NCBI RefSeq assembly: GCF_963921235.1
Contig: NC_086097.1
Location: 101,806,001 to 101,870,000, forward strand
DNA: 64,000 nucleotides
Source of the DNA: Mobula hypostoma
Taxonomy: Eukaryota
Direction of reading: 5' to 3'
Each line of letters opens with the position of its first letter. Within the stretch, counting starts at the first letter, position 1. A model generated the notes under the pieces. The model did not search any database, was not told the origin of the DNA, and was given only the letters and a program-made list of their open reading frames with translations. Shown here piece after piece: positions 21,254-33,768 of the stretch. The translations under genes were made by a program, and so were the position numbers.

Positions 21254-22186
21254 CTCTACAACTTAAAACACAGTTGCTTTCACTTTAAAAAGTGTTTAGT
21301 ATATTTTGTATTTACCATGGAGAAGGACATGGAATCCAGTGAGTTCAGGTCAGAAAACAGTGATATCCTGAAACGTGTTAACATCACGAAGGAGAAGCTT
21401 TCAACAGTCTTTAAGTGCATGAAGATAGATTGACGAGGTGTGTCCCAGCAGGTGTGGGAAGCAAGGGAAGAAATTTCTGGAACACGGGGCTGCTGGATAG
21501 GACTGTTTCCCTGGAGCAAGAAACTAAAGAGCTGTAGGCACATATTATAGAAACCAGCCTCCTGACAATAGACCCTGTTCACACTTCTCCTGGACATTCT
21601 CTCTTCAGCCCCTTCTCAATGGGAGGAAGATACACAAGACCATAACGCCAGGATCAAGGACAACATCTCTCCCATAGTTTTAAGACTATTGAACTCTCAT
21701 CTAGTATGCTCTACGGTGGACCTTTGGCCTCACCATCTACTTACGATAGCCTTGCACATGGGCCACCGGCACTGCACTTTCTCTGTAAGTGTATCACTAC
21801 TTTCTGCACTCTGTTATTGCTTTTCCCTTGAACTACCTCAATGTGATGAAGTGATCTGAATGGATGGCGCACAAAGCAAAGTTTTTCACCGTACCTCAGT
21901 ACATGTGACAATAACAAACCAACTTACCACTACGAATGGATCTGCCAGCCTTCAGTGTTGTAGCACACAGGAAGCATCAATTAGAGGTGCAGTTGTAAGT
22001 GTACTGGACCAACGGATGTGATTAGATTAGATTAGATTCAACTTTATTGTCATTGTGCCGAGTACAGATACAAAGCCAATGAAATGCATTTAGCATCTGA
22101 CCAGAAATGCAAAGAATAGTGTTATTTACAAAATAACTACAAATTTAAAAAGTGCTATAGCACACAAATATAAAAGTACTGAGAGA

Positions 22187-22422
22187 GTTTAGCGCTGTGA
22201 TGTGAGGTTTAGCGCTGTGATGTGAGGTTCAGCGCTGTGATGTGAGGTTTAGCGCTGTGATGTGAGGTTCAGCGCTGTGATGTGAGGTTTAGCGCTGTGA
22301 TGTGAGGTTTAGCGCTGTGATGTGAGGTTTAGCGCTGTGATGTGAGGTTCAGCGCTGTGATGTGAGGTTTAGCGCTGTGATGTGAGGTTTAGCGCTGTGA
22401 TGTGTGGTTCAGCAGTGTGATG
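22187..22422. repeat. 20-bp minisatellite, about 11.5 copies (gtttagcgctgtgatgtgag)
   Basis: Direct tandem repetition with t/c variants. Confidence 0.97.
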
Positions 22423-23476
22423 AAGTGAGAAGCAAGTGGATGGTGGAACTGCAACGCTGATGGGAAAAGAGAGAAGAGAAAATGTATTGGATGGTGGAAT
22501 CTTATTGGGGGGAATTAGGAAGGGTGATCTGACAAATGTGGAGGCTGGTACAAAACTAAAGAGCTATTTAATGAGGGAAATGAAGGTGTAGAGGGTCAGT
22601 AACTTTAAATTCCCTGACAATACGTCCTCCTCATCGTAAAGGAGCACTACCATAAGACAGCAGCATCCATCATCAAGGACCCCCATGCTCTCTGCCATCA
22701 GGAAGGAGGCCCAGGAGCCCTGTGTGCGACACTGCCAGATTCAGGAACAGTTATTACCCTTCCACCATCGGGCTCCTGAACCAACGTGGATAACTTCACT
22801 CACCTCAACGCTGAACTGACTGCACAACGCATAGACCCACTCTGAAGGTTCTACAACTCAAGCTCTCAGTATTCTATTACTTATCTACATTGACCTCCAC
22901 TGGACCCTCTTCAATGCTGGCACTTTTCAACTTCTAGTTCAATTGTCATTCAGCCATACACGAATACCCATGAATACAGCCAAACGAAAGAGTTCCTCGG
23001 GAGCCAAAACACACGACCAACAGCCATACCAGAACAAGGCAATGTAGTAGATATAAGATAGCACTAAACATACAGTCACACAAAAAAAATTACACAGCCT
23101 GAGTCCCTGAGTGACATGCCCTGTGAATTGTGCGTGGGTGTTATCGGCAAAAACAAGCAGTTCTCCCCAGTCCACAGAATGGTATAGTCGAAATCCACCA
23201 GTTGACCACTAGAGGGCCGCACCAATGGGAGAGACCAGCCCCCCTACCCAGCATGGGCACTGCGCTACACCACCTCCGGTCACCTCTCCGGGACAGCTGC
23301 AACAGGTAAACCCACAGCTTCCACAATATCCCAAATCCAGGCTGACTGATGCTGCAAGTCATTCTTGTTATCGGTGGACAGCAGGAGGATTAGGGTGGGG
23401 ATGGGGGCATGTGAGAGGGACAAGTTGAACAAATGGGATTGCTCTGACAGCCACCATGAACATGACGAGTCCTGTT

Positions 23477-24597
23477 TGTGACTTCAGCTCGGCATTCAAC
23501 ACCATCGTCCCAGAAATCCTCCACTCCAAACTCCCCCGCCATCTGTCAGTGGATCATAAGCTTCCTGACTGACAGGGTGCAGCAAGTGAGGCTGGGGAGC
23601 ATCATTTCTAGCACCCAGACAATCAGTACCGGTGCCCCCCAGGGATGTGTGCTCTCCCCACTGCTCTTCTCCCTTTACACTAATGACTGCACCTCACAGG
23701 ATCCATTTGTTAAACTCCTGAAGTTTGCAGACAACACAACTGTCATTGGTCTTATCCGAGACGGTGATGAGACTGCATACAGACGGGTGGTGGAACGGCT
23801 GGCCCTCTGGTATGATCAGAACAATCTGGAGCTAAATAAGCTCAAGACTGTGGAGATGACAGTGGACTTCAGGAGGAGCCCCCCAATACTCCCCCCACTC
23901 ACTATACTCAACAGTATTGTGTCTGCTGTGGAGACCTTCAGGTTTCTGGGTGTCACGATCTCCCAGGACCTGAAGTGGACACCCAACGTGGACACTCTGA
24001 TCAAAAAGGCTCAGCAGAGATTGTATTTCCTATGTCAACTCAGGAGGTACAACCTGCCTCAGGAGCTGCTGATTCAATTCTATTCAGGAATGATCCAGTC
24101 TGTTCTCTGTTCGTCCATCACTGTCTGGTTTGGATCAGCTACCAAACAAGACAAGAATAGACTCCAAAGAACTGTCAGGGCTGCGGAAAGGATTATTGGT
24201 GTGAAGCTGCCCTCAATCCAGGACTTATATGCATCTAGAGTCAGGAAGCGAGCAAGCAGCATCATTGTAGACCCATCACACCCTGGACATCACCTGTTCC
24301 AACTCCTTCCTTCTGGTAGGCGCTTCAGATCACTGTATGCCAGGACAAATAGGTACAAGAACAGTTTCTTTCCGTATGCCATCAGTCTTATGAACACTTG
24401 AATTTTAGTCTATTATAAACCAAGTCCACCTGTACATACACAGGTATACCTCATTGTATATAGTTCACGATTATTTGCACTATTGTTTGCTTTTTGATTC
24501 TGTACAGCGAGAGCTCAGGGAAACCGGCATCAAATTCCCTGTATGTGTCCACATAACTTGGCAATAATATAGGATTCGATTCTGATTCTGATTCTGA
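23477..24597 (+). mobile_element. Young 5'-truncated Rex1/Babar-like LINE
   Basis: ORF 23478..24401 with [24 protein letters not shown](N)[23 protein letters not shown]. (gattct)n tail. Confidence 0.9.
23478..24401 (+). CDS. Non-LTR reverse transcriptase, C-terminal half (Rex1/Babar-like)
   Basis: 307-aa ORF containing the C-terminal RT motifs. The catalytic FADD is mutated to FADN. Confidence 0.75.
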   Translation: MTSARHSTPSSQKSSTPNSPAICQWIISFLTDRVQQVRLGSIISSTQTISTGAPQGCVLSPLLFSLYTNDCTSQDPFVKLLKFADNTTVIGLIRDGDETAYRRVVERLALWYDQNNLELNKLKTVEMTVDFRRSPPILPPLTILNSIVSAVETFRFLGVTISQDLKWTPNVDTLIKKAQQRLYFLCQLRRYNLPQELLIQFYSGMIQSVLCSSITVWFGSATKQDKNRLQRTVRAAERIIGVKLPSIQDLYASRVRKRASSIIVDPSHPGHHLFQLLPSGRRFRSLYARTNRYKNSFFPYAISLMNT

Positions 24598-24654
24598 AAC
24601 TGCCTCCGTGTAGATCATTAGAAATGTGAGAGCCAAAGTGTGGGAGAAAAGATA

Positions 24655-24842
24655 TGTGACAGTGTTGTCACAGACACAGGAAATGAAGTGCCAGTGTGAC
24701 AATGACATCACGGACAGAGGAAATGAAGTGCCAGTGTGACAGTGACATCACAGACACAGGAAATGAGGTACCAGTGTGACAGTGACATCACAGACACAGG
24801 AAATGAAGTGCCAGTGTGACAGTGACATCACAGACACAGGAA
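24655..24842. repeat. 40-bp minisatellite, about 4.5 copies
   Basis: cacagacacaggaaatgaagtgccagtgtgacagtgacat units at 24669, 24709, 24749, 24789 and a partial unit at 24829. Confidence 0.93.
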
Positions 24843-25373
24843 CTGAGATACCCAAAGAGTGCTGCCAGTACTACACAGAGCATGGATGGTATACTACCGA
24901 GTGAAACCATGATCCCCTTATCCCAGTGAACTGTCTCCATCTGTCTTCAATCAAAGAATTCTTTGCTTTATTCCAAACTGATGTATGAACCTCAATTTCA
25001 GCAATGTTTGAATGTATCAAAAAATCTGTAGAATACCTCACTCCCTCTTTAATATCATCATTCAGCAAACATTCATTTTGTTTCCAAAAATACATGAAAG
25101 AGATCAAGCCCTGTCTTTATCTGAATTACTGAAGCCTCACAGAATATCATATTTCTGTTGGGATGCTTCCTGACCCATCCCTCCCTTCTCAATATCTAAT
25201 AGTTCTGGCTTAGCATGCTGTATTGTTTGAAAGGGAAAACACAGGCTCATTCTAAGTATTTAGAACTTAAACTACTTTTCATCTCTCGCAGCTCTCTTCC
25301 CTTTCTTGATCTGTCTCCACCTCTGGGGACAGACCATGTACCAATCATTTACAAACCTACTGACTCTCAGTTA

Positions 25374-26435
25374 ACAACAGGAATTCTGCAGATGCTGGAA
25401 ATTCAAGCAACATACATCAAAGTTGCTGGTGAACGCAGCAGGCCAGGCAGCATCTATAGGAAGAAGCGCAGTCGACGTTTCAGGCCGAGACCCTTCGTCA
25501 GGACTAACTGAAGGAAGAGTGAGTAAGGGATTTGAAAGCTGGAGGGGGAGGGGGAGATGCAAAATGATAGGAGAAGACAGGAGGGGGAGGGATGGAGCCG
25601 AGAGCTGGACAGGTGATAGGCAGAAGGGGATACGAGAGGATCATGGGACAGGAGGTCCGGGAAGAAAGACGGGGGGGGGTGACCCAGAGGATGGGCAAGA
25701 GGTATATTCAGAGGGACAGAGGGAGAAAAAGGAGAGTGAGAGAAAGAATGTGTGCATTAAAAAGAGTAACAGATGGGGTACGAGGGGGAGGTGGGGCCTA
25801 GCGGAAGTTAGAGAAGTCAATGTTCATGCCATCAGGTTGGAGGCTACCCATACGGAATATAAGGTGTTGTTCCTCCAACCTGAGTGTGGCTTCATCTTTA
25901 CAGTAGAGGAGGCCGTGGATAGACATGTCAGAGACCGCTTTGCTGAACATCTACGCTCTGTCCGCCAGAGAAAGCAGGATCTCCCAGTGGCCACACATTT
26001 TAATTCCACATCCCATTCCCATTCTGACATGTCTATCCACGGCCTCCTCTACTGTAAAGATGAAGCCACACTCAGGTTGGAGGAACAACACCTTATATTC
26101 CATCTGGGTAGCCTCCAACCTGATGGCATGAACATCGACTTCTCTAACTTCCGCTAAGGCCCCACCTCCCCCTCGTACCCCATCTGTTACTCTTTTTAAT
26201 GCACACATTCTTTCTCTCACTCTCCTTTTTCTCCCTCTGTCCCTCTGAATATACCTCTTGCCCATCCTCTGGGTCACCCCCCCCCCCGTCTTTCTTCCCG
26301 GACCTCCTGTCCCATGATCCTCTCGTATCCCCTTCTGCCTATCACCTGTCCAGCTCTCGGCTCCATCCCTCCCCCTCCTGTCTTCTCCTATCATTTTGCA
26401 TCTCCCCCTCCCCCTCCAGCTTTCAAATCCCTTAT
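25374..26435. mobile_element. Young fold-back PLE insertion: minus arm 25374-25932, plus arm 25931-26435
   Basis: Inverted arms and a 13-bp TSD tgactctcagtta (25361-25373, 26436-26448). Same family and same acaacagg start as 5777-7914. Confidence 0.94.
25470..25505 (-). ncRNA. Minimal type-I hammerhead ribozyme, intact core
   Basis: Reverse complement agtcCTGACGAagggtctcggcctGAAAcgtcgact is identical to 7815-7850. Confidence 0.85.
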
Positions 26436-29357
26436 TGACTCTCAGTTACCTCGGCTATACCTCTTCCCACACAGTCACTTTGAAAAAATTGTCTTCCCTT
26501 CTCCCATTCTTCTACCTCCACAACATCTGTTCTCGGGGTGTGGTTTTCCATTCTAGAACATTTGATGGGAGCAGTGTGGAGAGGAGTAAACTACAGTACA
26601 GAAGGGACAAGCGGGGTGGCCATTGTTGGGAGTGGGCCAGTGGTGAGAGTGGGAGTGTCAGGCTTCAGCTCGGAAGAGGCGTTAGCTCTGAGTAAGCTGT
26701 CTGGGTAAGTTTCTGTTAAGTTTCCCTATTTTCTTACTGTGTCAGGGGTACTTAGTGTAGTTTAAATGGTGACTGTGTGTTCTTCATGCCGTATGTTGGA
26801 GTCCTGGGAGACCCAGAGTCTCCCAGGGAACTACATCTGCGTGAAGCGCATCCGGCTGCAGCTCCTTGAAGACTGTTTTGGGGACCTGGAGCAGCAGTTG
26901 GGAGAGTGAGGATATAATCGATCAGAGTTACAGGGAAGTAGTAAACCCGAAGTTGCAGGAGGCGAGTAGTTGGGTGACGGTCAAAATGAATGGGACAGTG
27001 GCTAGGCAGTTATTGCAGAGCACACCAGTGGCCACTCCCCTCAATAATAAATATACAGTTTTGGATACTGTTGTGGGGGATGACCGCCCAGGGGAATGCC
27101 ACGGAGACCGGGTTACTAACATTGAGTATGGGTCCGTGGTGCAGAAGGGAAAGAGAGAGAAGAAGGAAGCAGTAATGATAGGGGACACAATAGTCTTAGG
27201 AACAGACTGGAGATTCCATGGACGTGAACTGGACACTGGAATGGTATGCTGCTTCCCAGGTATGTCTCAGGTCATGTCCACAGTATTTTGGAGGGGGAGG
27301 AGAGCAGCCAGATATCTTGGTACATATTGATGCCAATGACATAGGAAGGAAAAGCAAAGGGTTCCTGAAGAGAGAATTTAGAGAGCCAGGCAGAAAGCTG
27401 AGAAGCAGGACCTGCTGGGTAGTAATTTCTGGATTGCTGCCTGTGCATGTGCCAGTGAGGGTAGAAACAGGATGATTTGGCAGATTTCTGCGTGGCTGAG
27501 AAGCTGGTGCAGGGGCAGGGCTTCAGGTTCCTGGATCACTGGGGTCTCCTCTGGGGAGGTATGACCTGTTCAAAAGTGACGGGTTGCACCTGAACCCGAG
27601 GGTGACTGATATTCTCATGGGCAGGTTTGTTACAGCTGTTGGGGAGGGTTTAAACTAATTTGCAAGGAACCAGAGAGAAGGGACTCAGGATAGGACGGAT
27701 GGTAAAAAAAGCAAAGATAGTGTACAGTCAGACTGTCAGGAAGGACAGGCAGATGATAGAACAAAATTGCAGCCAGCAGGATGAGTATCAGCACATTGGG
27801 GATGCAGAATCAAAAAGTTTCGCAAATACAGCACTCAAAGTGTTATATCCCAATGCACGGAGTACAAGAAATACGGTAGATGATCTTGTTGCACTATTAC
27901 AGATTGTCAGGTATTATGTCGTGACCATCACTGAATGGTGGCTGAAGGATGGTTGTAGTTGGGAGCTCAATGTCCAAGGCTACACGTTATATCAGAGGAA
28001 TAGGAAGGTCGGCAGAGGGGGTGGTGTGGCTCTGCTGGTAAAGGATGGCATCAAATCAGTAGAAAGATGTTGAATCCGTGTGGGTTGAGTTAAGGAACTG
28101 CAAAGGTAAAAGGACCCTGATGGCAGTTACATACAGGCCTCCCAACAGTAGCTGGGATGTGGACTACAGATTACAATGGGATATAGAAAAGGCGTATCAA
28201 AAGGGCAATGTTATGATAGTCATGGGAGATTTTAACATGCAGTTAGACTGGGAAAATCAGGCTGGTAATGAATCTCAAGTGAGTGCCTATGAGATGGCTT
28301 TTTAAGAGCAGCTCGTCATTAAACCTTATAGGGGATCAGCTATACTGGATGCAATGATCCGGAGGTGATTAGGGAGCTGAAGGTAAAGGAACACTTAGGA
28401 GGCAGCGATCACAATATGATTTGAGTTCAACATTGAAATTTGATAGGGAGAAAGTAAGGCTGATATAGCAGTATTTCAGTGTGATAAAGGAAATTATAGT
28501 GGTACAAGAGAGGAGCTGGCCAAACTGGAAGGAGATGCAGGCAGGGGTGACAGCAGAGCAGCAATAGTGTGAATTTCTAGGAAAAGTGAGGAACGTGCAG
28601 TGTAGATATATTTCAAAAACAAAGAAACACTCAAAATGGCACAATAGTACAGCCATGGCTGACAAGGGAAGTCAAAGCTAATGTAAAAGCAAAAGGGAGG
28701 CCATACAACAAAGCAAAAATTAGCAGGAAGATAGAGGATTGGGAAGCTTTTAAAAACCTACAGAAGACAGCTAAAATAATTATTGGGAGGGAAAGAATGA
28801 AATATGAAAGCAAGCAAGCAAACAATAGCAAGGTGGACAGAAAAAGCTTTCTCAAGTGTGTAAAAAATAAAAGAGAAATGAGAGTGGATATAGGACTGCC
28901 GGAACATGAGGCTGGAGAAATAAAAACAGGAACAAGGAGATGGCAGATGAACTAAATGAGTATTTTAAATCAGTCTTCATTGTAGAAGACATTAGTAGTA
29001 TGCCAGACATTGAAGGATGTGAGGGAAGAGAAGTGAGTACAGTTAATATTACAAGGGAGAAAGTGCTCAAAAAGCTGAAGGACCTTAAGGTACTTAAGTC
29101 ACCCGGACCAGATGAACTGCACCCTAGGGTTCTGAATGAGGTAGCGGTAGTGATTGTGGAGGCATTAGTAATGATCTTTCGATAATCATTGGGCTCTGGC
29201 ATGGTTCTGGAGTACTAGAAAATTGCAAATGTCACTCCATTCTTTAGGAAAGGAGGAAGACAGCAAAAAGAAAATTATAGACCAGTTAGCCCGACCTCAG
29301 TGGTTGCGAAGAAGTTGGAGCATGAGGTTATGGAATACTTACTGACACAGGACAAGA

Positions 29358-30022
29358 GTAGATTAGATTTTGAGGACACTCAGTCCTCATTTATTGTCAT
29401 TTAGAAATGTATGCATTAAAAAATGATACGTTCCTCCAGTATGATATCACAGAAACACAAGACAGACCAAGACTAAAACTGACAGAACCACATAATTATA
29501 ACATATAGTTACAACAGTGCAAAGCAATACCGTAATTTGATAAGAGCAGACCATGGGCACGGTAACAAAGAAAGTCTCAAGTCCCAACAGCCCCATCATC
29601 TCACGCAGACAGTAGAAGGAAGAAACTCTCCCTGCCATGAGCCTCCAGCACCGCAAACTTGCCAATGCAGCATCCTGGAAGCACCCGACCACAGTCTGAC
29701 TCTGAGTCCGTCCGAAAACTTTGAGCCTCCGACCAGCTCTCCGACACCGAGCACTGAGCACTTTGACCCCGGCCCCGGCCACCAAGCAACAGGCAAAGCC
29801 AAGGATTCGGGTCCTTCTCCTCCGGAGATTTTGGATCACATAATAGCAGTGGCAGCGAAGCAGGCATTTCAGAAGTTTCTCCAGATGTTCTTCCATGCTC
29901 TCATGTCGGCCTCCATCAAATCAGAATTGTGCACGGCCTCCGACTTGACAGATTACAGATATTCATCACCGGAGAGGCCGTGCGCGCTGCGTCGCACCAC
30001 CATCTTCTCCTCCTCCCAACTA
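29358..30022 (-). mobile_element. Short non-autonomous retroelement (~660 bp) nested in the CR1 RT
   Basis: The minus strand starts ggaggagaagatggtggtgcgacgc and ends aataaa...(aatct)n. The host CR1 rejoins across it (gacaaga|...|agatagggcgaagtcag). Confidence 0.7.
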
Positions 30023-30648
30023 CAGATAGGGCGAAGTCAGCATGCTTTCCTTAAGGGAAAATCTTGCCTGACAAACCTGTAGGAATTCTTTGAGGAGATT
30101 ACAAGTAGGATGGATAAAGGGAATGCAGTGGATGTTGTATATTTGGACTTTCAGAAGGGCCTTTGACAAGGTGCCACACATCAGACTGCTTACCAAGTTA
30201 AGAGCCCATGGCATTACAGGAAGTTACTGGCCTGGTTAGAGCATTGGCTGATTGGTAGGGGGAAGCAAGTGGGAGTAAAACGATCCTTTTGTGGTTGGCT
30301 GCCAGTGACTAGTGGTGTTCTGCAGGAGTCGGCGTTGGGACCACTTCTTTTTATGCTGTATATCAATGACTTAGATGATGGAATAGATGGCTTAGTTGCC
30401 AAGTTTGCAGATACAAAAATTGCTGGAGGGGCAGCTAATGTTGAGGAAACAGGTAGGCTGCAGAAGGACTTAAGACAGATTAGGAGAATGGGCAAGAAAG
30501 TGGCAAATGAAATACAATGTTGGAAAATGCATGGTCACGCACTTTGGTAGTAGAAATAAATGTGCAGGCTATTTTCTAAATGGGGAGAAAATCCAGAAAA
30601 TCTGAGATGCAAAGGGACTTTGATGTCCTTGTGCAGAAGAACCAAAAG

Positions 30649-33600
30649 CAGCCTTTCTCAACCTTCCTGCCCTGGAGGAATCCTTGAAATAACTTCCAGG
30701 TCTCAGGGCACCCCTGCATAAAAATCATTACATCTACATCTCACAGTAAGTTAGTGTGATCAGCAAGTTGTAGATATAATAATCCAAAAATATTTGTCAG
30801 CGCTCCTGAGTAAAAAATGATTATTTAGCCAACCTTTCCTGAAAAAAATATTGTTAAGATTAGTTTACCTTTCTTGAAATTACTCTTTCTCTTTCATAAA
30901 TTTTAAAAGCTAAGGCAAACATAATAAATTTCTCAATTCTGGGTTGAACTTGAGATACATGGATTTCAGCTCCAACTGAAATGAGATGATTTCTACCCTT
31001 GATACTTATTAAACAAAAAAAAGCTTGCTCACACATGTAAGAAGTTGAAAACTGCACCAAAATATTGATTGCTTTCCTATGAATGGCAGGATACTCTTCT
31101 TTCACAGAAATCCAGAACTTACCCAGGGGCAGGTCAGTAAATCCCATCCTAAGTGCACGATCAGAGTGCAGCTTACAAAGTTCTTCCTCTTCTCTCAAAG
31201 TCAAGTTCTCAGGCTGCACAAAAGATTCAGAGAAAGGATCCCTCACCCAGTCATACATTTGTTTTGAAAGGGAGGAAAAGTACTGTTCAATTTTGTTCTG
31301 CAGTTCTTCCAGGTAGTTTTCAGTAAGACTTGAGACTTTATGATATCCTCCCTCACTCTCAAGCCCAAGCAGCAGTGGAAACATTTCAAGATTTCCTTTT
31401 GTGGAATGTTTTTCCTAAGATTCAGTTTCCTTTTAAATCCACGAATCTTATCACTTGAAGTCAAAACATTTTCTCCAGGGCCTTGCAGAGACTTGCTCAA
31501 CTGGTTCATATGATGAAAAACGTTTGTCAAATAGGCTAGTTTCTGCACCTATTCTTCACCTTCAAAGTACTCAGCGAAATCTGGCCTACTACTTTATTTT
31601 AAGTACTCTTGCAATTCACCCAAAAGAGCTCAAACACTGTTGTGAACTCGTCCTCTGTGTGTAGCAGGAAATTGGTGTGTTCTTTGTCCAGGTTTTCACA
31701 CAGATTTTTAAACACTCTCGAGTTAACTGGTCTTAGAGCTACTAAATAACTTGCTTGCTGAACCGTGTAACTGACTATGACTTTATTTTCATAAGCTTTA
31801 ATCTGTTTGTTCCGAGGTTTCAATAGTCGTTTCAAATAATCAGCAATTTTACGTGTCATATGTTTGTGATTTGTAGTTAAGTGTCTTTTCAATTTTGCCA
31901 TTGCTACTTTTGTAGGTTGTTTGCCACAGACCAGGCACAATGCAATAGGACAACTTGGATCACCAGTCCATGTAAAACCCATTGATAAGTAGCTTTCGTT
32001 GTAAAGATACGGTACCGGCTGATTACTTCGTCCTGCCCATTGCTTTTGTCTCCAGGACCTAGGAGAGGGGTGGATGACTTCTGGGGGCAACGGGAGGCAT
32101 CGGGTCTCTGCTGTGGTCCTGAGTCTCCCAATCGCGAAGGGCGGTCAGTCATTGGTGTGTGTGCGCATACGTAACTGGTAGCTGTCTGCCACAGGATCTG
32201 CAGATATACCTGTATACCGACCACCCTGCGAGACCGCATGCGCTGGCAACGCACTTTCCCCACCTGAGACACTGCTGGCTTCTAGCGGACAGCACCAGAT
32301 ATGCCGCTTTGAGGGAACTGCCTCGCTTTCACCGAGAGCTGTTGAGAGTTTGGGGTCTAATCTCATCCAGACAGGTGCTCCTGCACCGATGGCGGGCGGT
32401 GCTGCAGCTGCGAGGGGACTAGTCCCCGTCCCATCACGCTGGGTGTTGAGGGGGTTCAGGGAAGTGGAGGGGTTCCGGCTGCACCACCACCACCCGGTGG
32501 GCGGGAATCGCCTGTCAGACCCAGGCCCCGGAATACCACTCGGGAGAGGGCCCTGAACAACGTGAGCCATCACGTGGGGTTTCCCACCGTGCCCGTCCGT
32601 GATGCTCCAAAGTGCTTCTTGTACGGGCTGCTCCTGCACACCTTTCACTTCCTCGCCTTTGTCTGCCGACCAGACTCGCCTTGGCGGTCCGTGTTACCAT
32701 CAGGCAGCAGAGGAGGTCCCCAGAGGAAATCTCTTTATGCAGGGGACCTGCAGTACCGTACGACAGGTCTTTAAGCAGGTACTGACACGCCGTCCTCCTG
32801 TCCGTTCTGTGGCCGGGAGGAGTCAGTGTACCACGCTTGCACAGAGTGTGAGCGGTTGCAGCCCCTGTCTGAGTGTCTGAACGGGCTGCTGCTCAGGTTC
32901 TGGTTGCACATCAGCCCCGCGCTCCTCATCTACAGGCAGGGGCAGGCCGGCACAAGGATCTCGCTCCTGGGCCTGGCCAAGATGCCCTTTCACAGGTCGA
33001 GGGGGTAGAAAGTCGAGGGCTCTGCCAGGGCGGACTGCCTGTCCCTCTTCCGAGGGTGGGTTGGTGCCGGCTGTCCTCGGAGAGGGAGCATGCCATCACA
33101 ATGGGTACAGTGGGGGGTTTCCAGGATGCTGGGCCCACCAGGGAACTGACTGTCTTAGAGACAGTAATGAGTATATTTTAATTTGCATTTATTCACTGTC
33201 TTGTAAATACTGAATGTTTGTACTTTGTGTATCTGTTACGTGAATCAACTTCTTTTGTTTTGTAAAAACCAGATGGACTTTTTTGTGTCAGTTGTTGCAC
33301 TAGTGCAGTGAAATGACTCAGAAGATTGTTATTCTTCATCATTAACCTTATCAGAATTGTCTGTCAGCAGCACACAAGGGGAAACTGGGGGAGGTAATTC
33401 GGGAGGGAGAGGCTGACGTCACAGCCCGAGTTGGGCAAGTCCATTGAATACTCGTAAAATGCATTTCACACTCATCAACAGCCTGCTGTCCTCCCCTCTG
33501 CAATATAGCCCTCACCAATTATCAGCCTACTGGTCTCCAATGGCCTCCCCTATCTAGCACTTAAAAACTGAGAAGGGAGTTGAGCAAACAAACACAGTCC

Positions 33601-33768
33601 TATTACGCACTGCCATATCGGGCTGAGTGACCTCTAATGAGATTGCTAATGGGGCTGCTTGGTCACTGGCCACCACTGCGAGCGTTGCATAAAGTTCAAA
33701 AACGGTGTTTTTTAAAATTAATCATGATCTCTCTCGGCCTCTCATGGAATCCCGGTTGGTAAACACTG
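30649..33768 (-). mobile_element. hAT DNA transposon (Buster/Charlie, ZBED5-like transposase), decayed
   Basis: TIRs cagcctttctcaacc and ggttggtaaacactg. Degenerate 8-bp TSD (accaaaag/ccttaaaa) in a CR1 ccctaaag site. ORFs with YLSMGFTW..CLVC...KLKRHL, KLAYL..F..MN, FW...EEYP...F.TSY.CEQAF. Confidence 0.88.
32055..33230 (+). mobile_element. Tx1-like (L1 clade) LINE 3' fragment nested in the hAT element
   Basis: GC-rich segment encoding CPFCGREESVYHACTEC (CCHC knuckle, 32799-32849), LLLRFWLH.SP.LLIY and LLGLAK. Confidence 0.75.

Larger units (their letters stand above)
25280..26560 (+). mobile_element. Old PLE RT C-terminal fragment, host of a younger PLE
   Basis: SLPFLDLS..YKPTDS before the insertion. 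Y..SSH...ICS....FHSRT after it. Confidence 0.7.

Noticed and set aside
22187..22422. Possible CRISPR or telomeric array
   Set aside because: Contiguous 20-bp units without spacers, and not TTAGGG.
25423..26157. 244-aa ORF as a novel gene
   Set aside because: A chimeric read-through of the antisense PLE tail across the inversion junction into the GIY-YIG C-terminus.
29447..30082. 149-181 aa ORFs on both strands
   Set aside because: They lie in a GC-rich non-coding retroelement insert and have no recognisable domain.
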